From: an uncultured Bacteroidales bacterium
GTDB taxonomy: Bacteria > Bacteroidota > Bacteroidia > Bacteroidales > Marinilabiliaceae
NCBI GenBank assembly: GCA_934717675.1
Contig: CAKUYZ010000003.1
Coordinates: 11,263-75,262, forward strand
DNA length: 64,000 nucleotides
Direction of reading: 5' to 3'
In this document: positions 27,846-37,636 of the stretch, one piece after another
How the letters are laid out: every line of letters begins with the position of its first letter
Position numbering within the stretch: position 1 is the stretch's first letter
Made by a program: the position numbers and the translations under genes
Notes under the pieces: generated by a model
What the model was told of the DNA's origin: nothing
What the model saw: only the letters and a program-made list of their open reading frames with translations
Databases searched by the model: none

Positions 27846-28733
27846 TTAGCCGTTGAGGGCCGAGGCTCCGCTCACAATCTCGATAAGCTCGTTCGTGATG
27901 GCTGACTGGCGCGCTTTGTTATACTGAAGCTGTAGCTCGTCAAGCAGCGTCGTGGCGTTGTCCGTGGCTTTGTGCATCGACGTCATGCGTGCGCCATGCT
28001 CCGAGGCCACCGACTCTTTGACCACGGCCAAGAGTTTTATCCTGATGGCCTGCGGAATCAGGTCGGCCAAGACCTCCTCTTTGCTCGGCTCCACAATGAA
28101 GTCTCGCGTGGCCTTGTCATCGGCTTGCGTGTCCATGCACAGCGGCAGCAGTTGCGCCTCGCGCACGTTTTGCACCGCAGTGTTGACAAACCCGTTGTAT
28201 ATCAGCACCACGCGCCCATAATCCTTGGCCTCGAAGCGGCTTCTGATACCATCTGCCACCTCGTAGACCTTGGCGAGGCCGAAATTGTCATAGAAGCCCT
28301 CGGCCTCTGTGACGGGCACCATCACGTGGCGCGAGCGCAGACCCTTGGCCACCTGCTTCCCTATGGTCAAGACTTCCACGAGCCCCTTGTCGGCATCTGC
28401 CTTGAGGGTGGAGGCGAGCATCACCTCAACCTCCTTGACAATGTTGGAGTTGAAAGCCCCCGCGAGGCCCTTGTCTGAGGCAATGGCCACGAGCAGCGTC
28501 TTGCCCCCGGGTGTGGCCTTGCGGAAAGCGGGGTAGTCCAGCTCAACGTTGGAGACTGACGAGCCTAGCGACCCTATGATCTGGCTCAGCTTGGCCTCGA
28601 ACGGGCGGACTTTGGCCACTTCGTTCTGCGCCTTTTTCAGCTTGGCGGCGGAGACCATCTTCATGGCGCTCGTCACCTGCCTGGTGGACTGGACGGAGTG
28701 GATTCTTGTCCGGATGTCTTTAAGATTAGCCAT
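27846..28733 (-). CDS. atpG: F0F1 ATP synthase subunit gamma
   Basis: 295 aa; MANLKDIRTRIHSVQSTRQVTSAMKMVSAAKL... and C-terminal ...ITNELIEIVSGA. Confidence 0.95.
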   Translation of the reverse strand: MANLKDIRTRIHSVQSTRQVTSAMKMVSAAKLKKAQNEVAKVRPFEAKLSQIIGSLGSSVSNVELDYPAFRKATPGGKTLLVAIASDKGLAGAFNSNIVKEVEVMLASTLKADADKGLVEVLTIGKQVAKGLRSRHVMVPVTEAEGFYDNFGLAKVYEVADGIRSRFEAKDYGRVVLIYNGFVNTAVQNVREAQLLPLCMDTQADDKATRDFIVEPSKEEVLADLIPQAIRIKLLAVVKESVASEHGARMTSMHKATDNATTLLDELQLQYNKARQSAITNELIEIVSGASALNG

Positions 28734-28751
28734 CAGTCTGCCCTCCTGCCG

Positions 28752-30329
28752 TTATTTAGCGAAGCGTTTGCTCACCTCTGCGGCCGTCTCGCGGAGAATG
28801 GCCGTGATGTTGTCATCAATCTTGCCTTGCGACAGCGTGTTGAGCGCGTCTTTGTGGCGAAGCTCCATCTCATCAAGGAACTCCTCCTCAAACTGCCCCA
28901 CCTTGTCCATCGGCACGTCGCGGAGCAGTCCGTTGGTGCCGCAGTAGATTATGGCAATCTGCTTCTCTACGGTATATGGCGTGTGGAGCGGCTGTTTTAG
29001 GATCTCCACGTTCTTTCGCCCCTTGTCCAGCACAGCCATGGTGGCGGCGTCGAGGTCGGAGCCGAACTTGGAGAAAGCCTCCAGCTCGCGGAACTGAGCC
29101 TGGTCTAGTTTCAGCGTGCCCGCCACTTTCTTCATGCTCTTGATCTGCGCCGACCCGCCGACGCGGGACACTGAGATGCCCACGTTGATGGCCGGGCGCA
29201 CACCGGCGTTGAAGAGGTTGCTCTCAAGGTATATCTGGCCGTCGGTGATGGAGATCACGTTGGTAGGGATATATGCCGCCACGTCACCGGCCTGGGTCTC
29301 AATGATAGGCAGCGCCGTGAGCGAGCCGCCACCCTTGACGATGGGCTTGATGTCTTCCGGCAGGTCGTTCATCTTGGCCGCCAACTCGTCGTTCTCCACA
29401 ATCTTGGCCGCGCGCTCCAGGAGGCGCGAGTGGAGGTAGAACACGTCGCCAGGGTATGCCTCGCGTCCGGGTGGCCTGCGGAGCAGGAGGCTCACCTCGC
29501 GGTAAGACACGGCCTGCTTCGAGAGGTCGTCATAGACAATTAGGGCGTGTCGGCCGGAGTCGCGGAAATACTCACCAATGGCCGCGCCGGCCAGGGGAGA
29601 GAAGTATTGCATGGCCGGGGTGTCTGCCGCCGTGGCGGAGACCACCGTGGTGTAGGCCATGGCGCCGTTTTTCTCCAGCGTGGCCACAATCTGCGCCACG
29701 GTGCTGGCTTTCTGGCCAGTGGCCACGTAGATGCAATATACCGGCTCGCCTGCGTCGTAGAAACTCTTCTGGTTAAGAATGGTGTCTACGGCAATGGAGG
29801 TCTTGCCCGTCTGGCGGTCGCCGATGATGAGCTCGCGCTGGCCGCGGCCGATGGGGATCATAGAGTCGATGGCTTTGATGCCGGTCTGGAGCGGCCTCTT
29901 GACCGGCTGGCGGAAGAGTACCTGAGGAGCCTTGCGCTCCAGCGGCAACTCGTAGAGCTTGCCGCCGATGGGTCCCTTGCCGTCAATCGGCTCGCCGAGG
30001 GTGTTGACCACGCGGCCAACAATCTCGTCTCCGACACGGATGGACGCGATGCGCCCTGTGCGCTTCACTGTGTCGCCCTCCCTGACCTCGTCGGCGTTGT
30101 TCATAAGGACAATGCCCACGCTGTCCTGGTCAAGGTTGAGGACCACGCCCATGGCTTTGCCCACCTCGACGAGCTCGTTGCTCTCGACGTTGGACAGGCC
30201 GAAAGCCGTGGCGATGCCATCGCCGACGGTCAGGACGGTGCCCACCTCTTCCAGCTTTGAGGAAGAGTCAAACTGCTCCAGCTGCTGCTTGAGCACGCTC
30301 GACACTTCCGAGGCTTTTATTTTTTCCAT
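28752..30329 (-). CDS. atpA: F0F1 ATP synthase subunit alpha
   Basis: 525 aa; Walker [10 protein letters not shown]. Collinear with F1 alpha along its whole length. Confidence 0.97.
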   Translation of the reverse strand: MEKIKASEVSSVLKQQLEQFDSSSKLEEVGTVLTVGDGIATAFGLSNVESNELVEVGKAMGVVLNLDQDSVGIVLMNNADEVREGDTVKRTGRIASIRVGDEIVGRVVNTLGEPIDGKGPIGGKLYELPLERKAPQVLFRQPVKRPLQTGIKAIDSMIPIGRGQRELIIGDRQTGKTSIAVDTILNQKSFYDAGEPVYCIYVATGQKASTVAQIVATLEKNGAMAYTTVVSATAADTPAMQYFSPLAGAAIGEYFRDSGRHALIVYDDLSKQAVSYREVSLLLRRPPGREAYPGDVFYLHSRLLERAAKIVENDELAAKMNDLPEDIKPIVKGGGSLTALPIIETQAGDVAAYIPTNVISITDGQIYLESNLFNAGVRPAINVGISVSRVGGSAQIKSMKKVAGTLKLDQAQFRELEAFSKFGSDLDAATMAVLDKGRKNVEILKQPLHTPYTVEKQIAIIYCGTNGLLRDVPMDKVGQFEEEFLDEMELRHKDALNTLSQGKIDDNITAILRETAAEVSKRFAK

Positions 30330-30361
30330 GCGCTGAATGTCGTGTTATAAGAAAAAGAAAA

Positions 30362-30916
30362 TCAAACCGTCAGCTGTCTCTCTACGGCCTTGAGCTTGCT
30401 CCGGATGGAGCCGTCTACCTGACAACCGTCCACCTCCAGTATCAGCCCGCCTATGATGGCCGGGTTCACTCGGAATGTGGCGTCTATGGCCTCCACCTCC
30501 TTGCCGGAGGCTTTCAGCTTGTCAGAGACCAGCCCCGTGAGGCGTTCTTTCTGCTGCGCCGTGAGTTCCTTGGCGGTCGTCAGCCGCGCCGTGCAGATGT
30601 GACGCTCCGTCTTGTAGAGCATCTCGAAGACGAGCAGGATGGAGCTGACGTAGCCTATGCGCTCCTTGTCCACCAAGAAGGTGAGGAACTGGAGCGTCTC
30701 AGGCGTCACGCGGCTGGCGAACACAGCCTCTACCAAAGCCTTCTTCTCCGACAGCTTGCGCAGCGGGGAGTCAAAAAACTTCTTGGCCTGTGGCTGCTCG
30801 GCCAAAGCCTGCCTTACGACCACCGCGTCGGCATACACTTCGTCTAGCTTGCCGTGGTCGGCGGCGAAGTCGTGTAGCACCGTGGCGTATCGTCTGGCAA
30901 TCAGTCCTGCGTCCAT
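30362..30916 (-). CDS. atpH: F0F1 ATP synthase subunit delta (OSCP)
   Basis: 184 aa; position between atpF and atpA; ARRYATVL... N-terminus and ...IGGLILEVDG...DGSIRSKL C-terminus. Confidence 0.9.
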   Translation of the reverse strand: MDAGLIARRYATVLHDFAADHGKLDEVYADAVVVRQALAEQPQAKKFFDSPLRKLSEKKALVEAVFASRVTPETLQFLTFLVDKERIGYVSSILLVFEMLYKTERHICTARLTTAKELTAQQKERLTGLVSDKLKASGKEVEAIDATFRVNPAIIGGLILEVDGCQVDGSIRSKLKAVERQLTV

Positions 30917-30925
30917 TGCTGTGGT

Positions 30926-31423
30926 TTAGTTGAAGTTGCTCTCTTGGAGATATTTCTCAATGAGTTGCTCCTGTCGGTCGTCGGCCTTGAGGTCGCTCTC
31001 GATGAGCTTGCCCGCGATTTCGACGGACAGGGTGGCCACCTGGCGCTTCAGGGCGTCAATGGCGTCTGCCTTCTCCCTCCCAATCTGGGCCCGCGCCTGC
31101 TCAATGAGCTTGTCGCCCTCGCTCTGCGCGCGTTTGCGCGCCTCGTCGAGCATGGCCTCCACTTTCTCGCGAGCCTCTTTGAGTATGGCGTCGCGCTCGG
31201 TGCGGGTCTCGGCTAGCATCTGGGCCTTCTGGGCCTCCACGCGCTCATATTCCTGTCGCGCCTCTTTGGCTTTCTCCAGGGAGGAGGATATCTCGTCCTC
31301 GCGCTCCTTGAGCATCCCCAGGAGGGGCTTCCATGCGAATTTGGTGAGCAAGGCCAGGACCACCAGGAACGTCAGGCCCGACCAGATGACCAGTCCGGGC
31401 TCTGGGGTTAAAATCCCATCCAT
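30926..31423 (-). CDS. atpF: F0F1 ATP synthase subunit B
   Basis: 165 aa; one N-terminal TM followed by a long charged helix; operon position. Confidence 0.9.
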   Translation of the reverse strand: MDGILTPEPGLVIWSGLTFLVVLALLTKFAWKPLLGMLKEREDEISSSLEKAKEARQEYERVEAQKAQMLAETRTERDAILKEAREKVEAMLDEARKRAQSEGDKLIEQARAQIGREKADAIDALKRQVATLSVEIAGKLIESDLKADDRQEQLIEKYLQESNFN

Positions 31424-31448
31424 AGTGATTCCGTTAAGGTGTTATGGA

Positions 31449-31652
31449 CTAGGCTGTGATGAATGCCATGACGATGGCGAAGAGGCCTGCGCCCTCGACC
31501 ATACCTGCGGCGATAAGCATGGCGCTCTGGATCTTGCCGGACATCTCTGGCTGACGAGCCATGGCGTCTACCGCGGAGCCACCGACTTTGCCGATGCCGA
31601 TGCCGATACCAATAACGATCAGTCCAAGACCGACTGCAATCATGTTACCCAT
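31449..31652 (-). CDS. atpE: F0F1 ATP synthase subunit C
   Basis: 67-aa hairpin proteolipid with GIGIGIGKVGG in helix 1 and the carboxylate in MVEGAGLFA in helix 2. No Q/ES-T Na+ signature, so probably H+-coupled. Confidence 0.93.
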   Translation of the reverse strand: MGNMIAVGLGLIVIGIGIGIGKVGGSAVDAMARQPEMSGKIQSAMLIAAGMVEGAGLFAIVMAFITA

Positions 31653-31757
31653 AGTAATCTGTTTTTTAGTTGTTGTTTATCCTTTTTGTTGAGGGCGCCG
31701 CCTGGGCGCCGTTTGTTTTGGCTGTGTGTGAATTGGAAAAACAGTGGCCGATGGCCT

Positions 31758-32810
31758 CTAATCGTCGCTGCCGGCGTTGACCGCCAAGCCGATGTAGAGG
31801 GCGGAGAGCACAGTGAAAATGTAGGCCTGAAGGGCTCCAAAAATCAGCTCCAATGTGAAGACCAGCATACCCAGCAGCACCGAGACGGGGGCTATGCCCA
31901 CGGTGTGGAGTATGAATATTAGCGAGAAGAGACTGATGACGATGATGTGCCCGCCTGTGATGTTGGCGAAAAGACGGATGAGGAGGGTGAAGGGCCGTGT
32001 GAACATGGTCACGATCTCGAGTGGAACCATGATAAGTTTCATCACGGCCGGAACGCCCGGCACCGTGAAAGTGTGAATCCAGTAGTGCTTGTTTGCAGAG
32101 AAGTGGGTCACGAAGAATGTGAAAACCGCCAAGATGCCCGTGAAGGCTATGTTTCCAGACAGGTTGGTGGACCCGGGAAAGAACGGGATCAGACCTATCA
32201 GGTTATTGAACCAGATGAAGAAGAAGAGCGTGAGCAGGAACGGGGCGAAACGCATACCCTTCTCTTTGCCAATCTGCTCATCGGCAATGTCTTTGACAAA
32301 GGTGATCAGATACTCCACAGCGTTGGCCGCGCCATGAGGCACATTGCCAGACTTCTTGATGGAGCGGGCCGCGCCGCCGAAGACGAGCAGGAGGATCGCG
32401 CCCGTCATGATGCCGGAAGCCACGTTGCGCGTGAGGGAGAAGTCGAAGACGTTGTCGCGGCTGCCGTTGGCGCACAGCTTGTCATACGCGTTGAGCGTAT
32501 ACGTCACGCCGTTTTTCTCGACGGAGGCCCCGTTGCTGAATGAGGAGGACGACGTGAAGAGGAAATCGCCCGTGGCCGTGTTGTAGGCCATGACGGGGAG
32601 CGGGATGTCTATTGACTTTTTGCCGTTGTCCCAGGCGATCACGTTCCAATGATGCGAGTCGCTAATGTGGTGGCTGATGACTTCCACCACGTTCACGCCC
32701 TCAGCCTCTTGCGTCTTGGCTGCCGCCTGCGCCTCGGCTGTGGATTGCGCGGAGACGGACGCCGCCAACATTGACAGGGCGAGCGTGAGAATGGTTGCTA
32801 TCCTGCTCAT
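31758..32810 (-). CDS. atpB: F0F1 ATP synthase subunit A with extended N-terminal extracytoplasmic domain
   Basis: 350 aa. The C-terminal part carries RLFANITGGH (conserved Arg). A long signal-peptide-bearing N-terminal extension is usual for Bacteroidota AtpB. Confidence 0.92.
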   Translation of the reverse strand: MSRIATILTLALSMLAASVSAQSTAEAQAAAKTQEAEGVNVVEVISHHISDSHHWNVIAWDNGKKSIDIPLPVMAYNTATGDFLFTSSSSFSNGASVEKNGVTYTLNAYDKLCANGSRDNVFDFSLTRNVASGIMTGAILLLVFGGAARSIKKSGNVPHGAANAVEYLITFVKDIADEQIGKEKGMRFAPFLLTLFFFIWFNNLIGLIPFFPGSTNLSGNIAFTGILAVFTFFVTHFSANKHYWIHTFTVPGVPAVMKLIMVPLEIVTMFTRPFTLLIRLFANITGGHIIVISLFSLIFILHTVGIAPVSVLLGMLVFTLELIFGALQAYIFTVLSALYIGLAVNAGSDD

Positions 32811-32953
32811 AGATGTTTTGTTTCGCTTCGTTTTATCTGTGCGGCCTCGCGCGGTTGAGGTGTCTCGATGCCGGGTGCCGTCACCCGGTACCGCGGCTCG
32901 TCGCCGGGGCTGTTTGAATTGTGTTGTCTATTGGTTGGGGCTCGCGCCCCGCC

Positions 32954-33316
32954 TCATGACCTTGCCGAGAGGGCCAGTCCGGAGGCTATTCTGAATGCCA
33001 CTAAAGTGGCGCATAATGTCGCTATCTCCACCACGTTCGCCTCGCTTTTGGGCGTGGCGAACAGGACTACGACCACGGCGGCTATGACGAACGTCAACGC
33101 CTCGGCCACCACGGTGGACTTCATTTGGCTTTTACCGCCGGGAGACGAAAAACGTTTCATTAAGAAGGTCATTTTTGCGCCTTCAGCGCCCAACAATGCC
33201 AAGACCCCCGCCGGGAGAGCCGGGCTGGCCACCCCCCAAGCCGCCAAGGCCACCGGAGCGGCCACTCCTACCGCGGCCACTGCCACGGCCGCCCATTCTT
33301 TTGCGAGAAGCGCCAT
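32954..33316 (-). CDS. Small hydrophobic membrane protein in the AtpZ/AtpI position
   Basis: 120-aa Ala/Val/Gly-rich ORF with about four hydrophobic segments, between the bactofilin gene and atpB. The start is uncertain (an internal ATG would give 72 aa). Assignment is by position and hydrophobicity only. Confidence 0.5.
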   Translation of the reverse strand: MALLAKEWAAVAVAAVGVAAPVALAAWGVASPALPAGVLALLGAEGAKMTFLMKRFSSPGGKSQMKSTVVAEALTFVIAAVVVVLFATPKSEANVVEIATLCATLVAFRIASGLALSARS

Positions 33317-33358
33317 CGGGTTTAAGGTTGGCGTGGCCTCAATGAGCGACTTCGGATG

Positions 33359-33751
33359 TCAGGCTTTCTTGGCCTCAGGAGCTGGGGCCGCCCCGCCCTT
33401 GTCTGCCATGACGCAGTTGCCTATGAACTTGGCCCCTGGCTCAATGCACAGCTTGTTGACGGTCATCTCGCCCTTGAAGTAGGAGGATGCCTTGAGCGTC
33501 AGCAGTTCGCTCACCTCCACCTTCCCCTCAAACGAGCCGGAGATTTCGGCACTAGAGCATTTGATGGTGCCTTTGATGCTGCCGCCAGCTCCAAGAACCA
33601 GTTTGCCCTGCGACTTGATGTTGCCGTCTATGACTCCGTCAATGCGGAGGTCGCCATTCGTCTCGATGTCGCCAACGAACTTTGTCCCTTTGCCTATGTT
33701 GTTTGGCAGGCTATTTTCTGTCTCGAAGTTCTTGCTCATTCCAAATGCCAT
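33359..33751 (-). CDS. Bactofilin-family (polymer-forming cytoskeletal) protein
   Basis: Repetitive beta-helix pattern FVGDIETNGDLRIDGVIDGNIKSQGKLVLGAGGSIKGTIKCSSAEISGSFEGKVEV...GEMTVNKLCIEPGAKFIGN, with a short Ala/Pro/Lys tail. Start at ATG 33751 (or 33739); the track start at 33802 is TTG inside the promoter box. Confidence 0.85.
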   Translation of the reverse strand: MAFGMSKNFETENSLPNNIGKGTKFVGDIETNGDLRIDGVIDGNIKSQGKLVLGAGGSIKGTIKCSSAEISGSFEGKVEVSELLTLKASSYFKGEMTVNKLCIEPGAKFIGNCVMADKGGAAPAPEAKKA

Positions 33752-33799
33752 TATCGAAGATAATTGAAGCCGAACAGGACATTCGCCGTTTCGGCGTAA

Positions 33800-33807
33800 C
33801 AAATATA
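33800..33807 (-). promoter_or_regulatory. Putative -7 box upstream of the bactofilin/atp operon
   Basis: Minus-strand TATATTTG (plus CAAATATA), about 48 nt before ATG 33751 and downstream of the proA terminator. Confidence 0.45.
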
Positions 33808-33887
33808 CATAAAAACTTGACGAAACAACAGCGGCGGTTATCTACATTTTACAGATTGAAATTTGCTCGCGCCTGTTTTCACACTTG

Positions 33888-33945
33888 CGCGGGGAAAAGG
33901 GAAAGCCCCGCAGCAATGGCTCTGTGTGTCCATTGGCGCGGGGCT
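33888..33945 (-). terminator. Terminator-like hairpin downstream of proA
   Basis: On the plus strand AGCCCCGC..CAATGG (33904-33919) pairs with CCATTG..GCGGGGCT (33930-33945), giving 8+6 bp with a 2-nt internal mismatch. On the minus strand it is followed by TTCCCTTTTCCCC. Confidence 0.6.
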
Positions 33946-33968
33946 GAGTTTTGTCGCCGAGTGTCGCC

Positions 33969-35231
33969 CTATGGCTCGCGCGTCTGCCCGTCTCCGCGGA
34001 TGAGCCATTTGTAGGAGGTCAGCTCCCGCAGTCCCATGGGGCCGCGGGCGTGCATCTTTTGCGTGCTTATGCCAATTTCCGCGCCGAGGCCGAACTGCCC
34101 GCCGTCAGTAAACGCGGTGCTGGCGTTGACGTAGCAGCACGCGGCGTCGACCTCTTTCAGGAAGCGTTCGGCCGCGGCTTCGTCTTCCGTAATGATGGCC
34201 TCGGAGTGTTTCAGACTGTGGTCGTAGATATATTGCAGGGCCTCGTCGAGGCTGTCTACGGTCACCACGGCCAGCTTCAGGGCCAGGAACTCGCGGCCGT
34301 AGTCGTCCGGCTCAATGGTTTTGAGCAGCTCTTGCGGGTAACGCCCCTCCAGTGCCTCGAACGCGCGCCTGTCGGCATGGATCTCCACGCCCTTGGCGGC
34401 CATGGGCTCGCAGAGCGAGGCCAGGTCGGCCAGCCGCCCGCTGTGGATTATGAGACAGTCTAGGGCGTTGCACACGCTGACGCGGCGCGTCTTGGCGTTG
34501 CATATCACCCGACGCCCTTTCTCCAGGTCGCCCGCCTTGTCAAAATATGTGTGCACCACTCCCGCTCCGGTCTCTATGACCGGCACTTTGGCGTTGTCTC
34601 GCACTGAGGCTATGAGGCGTTGCGAGCCGCGAGGGATGAGCAGATCGACGTAGCCCACGGCGTTCATGAGGTCGGTGGCGGCGTCATGCCCGTCGGGCAG
34701 CAGCTGCACCAGGTCGGGGTCTAGCCCCTGCGCCTCCATCACGCCCCTTATTATGTCCACAAGTGTGGCGTTGCTCTCGTGCGCGTCGGAGCCGCCTTTG
34801 AGCACCACGGCGTTGCCGGACCGCAGGCCTATGGAGACCACGTCTACGGTGACGTTGGGCCTGGCCTCGTAGATGACGCCCACCACGCCCATCGGCACTC
34901 TGACGCGGCTTATCTTGAGGCCGTTGGCCATGGCGCGCTCCTCAATGACCTCGCCGCACGGGGCGGGCAGGTGGGCCACGTTGCGCGTGTCTGCCGCGAT
35001 GCCCTCTATGCGTTTGGCGTCTAGCTTGAGGCGGTCGTAGCGATAGTCGGCTGGATCCATCCGCGCCAGGTCTTTGGCGTTGGCTTCTACAATTTTGGCG
35101 GAGTTGGCCACGAGGGCGTCCGCCAGGGCCTCCAGCACCCTTGTTGTCTGCTCTGGTGTGACGGAACTCATAGATCGCGAGGCTCGCTTTACGGCCTCGA
35201 ACTGGCGTTGCGTCTGAGGGTTGGCTGTCAT
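33969..35231 (-). CDS. proA: Glutamate-5-semialdehyde dehydrogenase (gamma-glutamyl phosphate reductase)
   Basis: 420 aa; ...VCNALDCLIIH... (catalytic Cys region) and VNASTAFTDGGQFGLGAEIGISTQKMHARGPMGL. Confidence 0.95.
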   Translation of the reverse strand: MTANPQTQRQFEAVKRASRSMSSVTPEQTTRVLEALADALVANSAKIVEANAKDLARMDPADYRYDRLKLDAKRIEGIAADTRNVAHLPAPCGEVIEERAMANGLKISRVRVPMGVVGVIYEARPNVTVDVVSIGLRSGNAVVLKGGSDAHESNATLVDIIRGVMEAQGLDPDLVQLLPDGHDAATDLMNAVGYVDLLIPRGSQRLIASVRDNAKVPVIETGAGVVHTYFDKAGDLEKGRRVICNAKTRRVSVCNALDCLIIHSGRLADLASLCEPMAAKGVEIHADRRAFEALEGRYPQELLKTIEPDDYGREFLALKLAVVTVDSLDEALQYIYDHSLKHSEAIITEDEAAAERFLKEVDAACCYVNASTAFTDGGQFGLGAEIGISTQKMHARGPMGLRELTSYKWLIRGDGQTREP

Positions 35232-35246
35232 GTCTTTTCTGTCTTT

Positions 35247-36326
35247 TTATTTATCGGCCGGGTAGACGTAGAGGTAGTCATAGTGGACAAGTGGCTTTTG
35301 CCTGGCGGCGAAGGCCTGCCGCTGGGCCGTCTCCTTGTCCATGGCCGCGCGGCCCACGCCCACGGTCTTGCCGTCTGGGCCGCAGATGAGGATTATGTCG
35401 TCTTTGCGGAAGTCCCCCTCGAACTCTCTCACGCCGACGGGCAAGAGGCTCGAGACATGGTCCGCGTTCATGAGGGCGTCCACGGCTCCGCTGTTGACCA
35501 CCACTTTGGCCGTGGCGAAGCCATCGGAGTAGGCTATCCATTTTTTTATGGCCGGGCTGTGCTCGCCGGCCTCGAAGTGGGTGCGGGGCAGCGCGGGGTC
35601 GTCTGCCATCAGTCTGGCAATCACCCCCTCGGTGCCGCCATTGGCAATGAACACGTCTATGCCGGCCTGCGCCGTCTTTTGCGCGATGCGGCACTTGGTG
35701 ACCATGCCTCCGCGCCCGAAGTCGGATTTTGAGGCTCGGACGTATTGTGACACGCTGGTGCCTCGCGCCACCTCGCGGATCACCCTGGCCGAGGGGTCTG
35801 ACGGGTCGCCGTCGAAGATGCCGTCAATGTTGCTTAATATTATGAGCCTTTGGCAGTCCATCATTGAGGCGATGAGGCCGGAGAGCTCATCATTGTCGGT
35901 GAACATGAGTCCTGTGAGCGACACCGCGTCGTTCTCATTGACCACTGGCACCACGCCGTTTTGCCATAGCACCTCGACGCAGTTTTTCATATTCAGGTAG
36001 TGCAGGCGGCTGCCCAGGTCTTGCTTGGTGAGCAGCAGTTGGCCTATCTTGATTCCGTGGCTGTCAAAGAGCTGCTTGTATTGGTCAATGAGCTTCACCT
36101 GCCCCACAGATGACAGCAGCTGCCTTTGCGCCACTGGGTTGAGGCTTTTATAGCCCTCTATCATCCCGCGGCCGGCTGCCACCGCTCCAGACGACACCAG
36201 GACCACCTCGTGCCCTTGGCCGCGCAAGCCGGCGATTTGGCCCACGAGGCTCTCCATGCGGCTCACGTTGAGCATGCCGTCGCGCCCCGTCAGGACGTTG
36301 GAGCCCACTTTTATTGTCAGTCTCAT
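35247..36326 (-). CDS. proB: Glutamate 5-kinase with C-terminal PUA domain
   Basis: 359 aa; IKVGSNVLT, VLVSSGAVAAGR, FTDNDELSG; C-terminal PUA-like ~90 aa. Confidence 0.95.
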   Translation of the reverse strand: MRLTIKVGSNVLTGRDGMLNVSRMESLVGQIAGLRGQGHEVVLVSSGAVAAGRGMIEGYKSLNPVAQRQLLSSVGQVKLIDQYKQLFDSHGIKIGQLLLTKQDLGSRLHYLNMKNCVEVLWQNGVVPVVNENDAVSLTGLMFTDNDELSGLIASMMDCQRLIILSNIDGIFDGDPSDPSARVIREVARGTSVSQYVRASKSDFGRGGMVTKCRIAQKTAQAGIDVFIANGGTEGVIARLMADDPALPRTHFEAGEHSPAIKKWIAYSDGFATAKVVVNSGAVDALMNADHVSSLLPVGVREFEGDFRKDDIILICGPDGKTVGVGRAAMDKETAQRQAFAARQKPLVHYDYLYVYPADK

Positions 36327-36337
36327 TGGGTCGCTGG

Positions 36338-37138
36338 CTATTTTACGATCTTGTTATATGAGCCCATCATGCCTTTCATCACGGCAGACGTGAAACCGGC
36401 GTGCTCCATGGCGTTGATGCCGGCAATGGTGACGCCCTTTGGCGTGCACACTTTGTCAATCTCCGCTTCGGGGTGCGAGTGGTTGGTCAATATGAGCTGC
36501 GCGGCCCCTTTGACAGTCTGCGCCACCACGTCCGCCGCCAGGCGCGAGTTGAGCCCCATCTCAATGGCGCTCTCTTGAGCCGCGCGGATGTATCTTAGGG
36601 CGTGGGCTATGCCGCAAGACGCCAGTGCCGTCAGGGCTGGCATCTGCTCTTCCGTCACAATGAGCGCGAGCCCCAGTGCAGAGAATATCTTCTCCACCAG
36701 CCGCGTCTGCTCCTCGCTGGCCGAGGCGCTCGGCGCGATGGCCGTCAGGCTCTCGCCCACTTCGGCCGCCGTGTTTGGCATGACGCGCACGGCCGCCACG
36801 CCCTGGCCCAGCATCTCGGTGAGCTGCGCCACGCCGACGCCTGTGGCGATTGACACCGCCACGGCTCCCGCGGCTAAAGACGAGCGCGTGCCGGCTATGA
36901 CGTCGGCTATCTGGTAGGGCTTCACGGCGAATATGACAACGTCGGCTCCGCTCACGGCCTCGCTGTTGCTCGTCGTGACGGCATAGCCATCGGCGGCCCA
37001 CGACTTCAGGGCCTCCGCGTTGCGCCGCGTTATGACAATCTGACCCGCGCTGGCCAGGCCGGCCTTGACTATGCCGCGCGCTATGGCGCCGCCCATGTTG
37101 CCGCCACCGATGACGGCTATCTTTTTAAGTTCACCCAT
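36338..37138 (-). CDS. proC: Pyrroline-5-carboxylate reductase
   Basis: 266 aa; Rossmann IAVIGGGNMGGAIARG; C-terminal ...VCTPKGVTIAGINAMEHAGF. Confidence 0.93.
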   Translation of the reverse strand: MGELKKIAVIGGGNMGGAIARGIVKAGLASAGQIVITRRNAEALKSWAADGYAVTTSNSEAVSGADVVIFAVKPYQIADVIAGTRSSLAAGAVAVSIATGVGVAQLTEMLGQGVAAVRVMPNTAAEVGESLTAIAPSASASEEQTRLVEKIFSALGLALIVTEEQMPALTALASCGIAHALRYIRAAQESAIEMGLNSRLAADVVAQTVKGAAQLILTNHSHPEAEIDKVCTPKGVTIAGINAMEHAGFTSAVMKGMMGSYNKIVK

Positions 37139-37203
37139 TGTTATTTTTCCTCTTGTTCGTATGGCAAAGGTAACAAATAATATCAGAGCATCACCTCCGG
37201 CGG

Positions 37204-37575
37204 CTATTCTACGGTGTCCATGAACGCGCGACGGAATCTGATGGGGTCGGCAATGTCCTCAAAACTCTCTCGCGTGCCGCCAGATCCGACAATTATGATG
37301 GTGCCGTAGCCCAAGATGCGGCCCATGATGGTTTGGTCCACGTTGATGGACTCTATGTGCGCCACCGTCATCTCGAACACTTTGCGTGAGATGAGGCCCG
37401 TCTTCATGATTATGCGTTTGTTGGTGATGGCGAACTCGTCTGTCTTGCTCATGATGAGAGGGCGCAGGAAGAGCGAGAGTATGCTCTTCACCTCCAGCCA
37501 TATGATCCAATGATAGTGAGCCTCGTATATCACTTTCTCTCCGCGGGAGAGGTTGTTGTCTACATATGTTCCCAT
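37204..37575 (-). CDS. Bacterial PH-domain (bPH_2/YdbT-like) membrane protein
   Basis: 123 aa; LSRGEKVIYEAHYHWIIW, then a hydrophobic hairpin, then ...FAITNKRIIMKTGLISR... Confidence 0.7.
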   Translation of the reverse strand: MGTYVDNNLSRGEKVIYEAHYHWIIWLEVKSILSLFLRPLIMSKTDEFAITNKRIIMKTGLISRKVFEMTVAHIESINVDQTIMGRILGYGTIIIVGSGGTRESFEDIADPIRFRRAFMDTVE

Positions 37576-37636
37576 GTCTTGCGCTTATATGATTGCCCCT
37601 TGCGGCCTTTCTGGCAGGCCTTCTTTTTAGGGGATG

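Noticed and set aside
31653-31757. A 105-nt atpB-atpE spacer with a short GC hairpin (GGCGCC...GGCGCC, 31695-31711)
   Set aside because: The stem is only 6 bp, and the T-rich run is on the wrong side for the coding strand. It may be an mRNA-stability element but is too weak to call.
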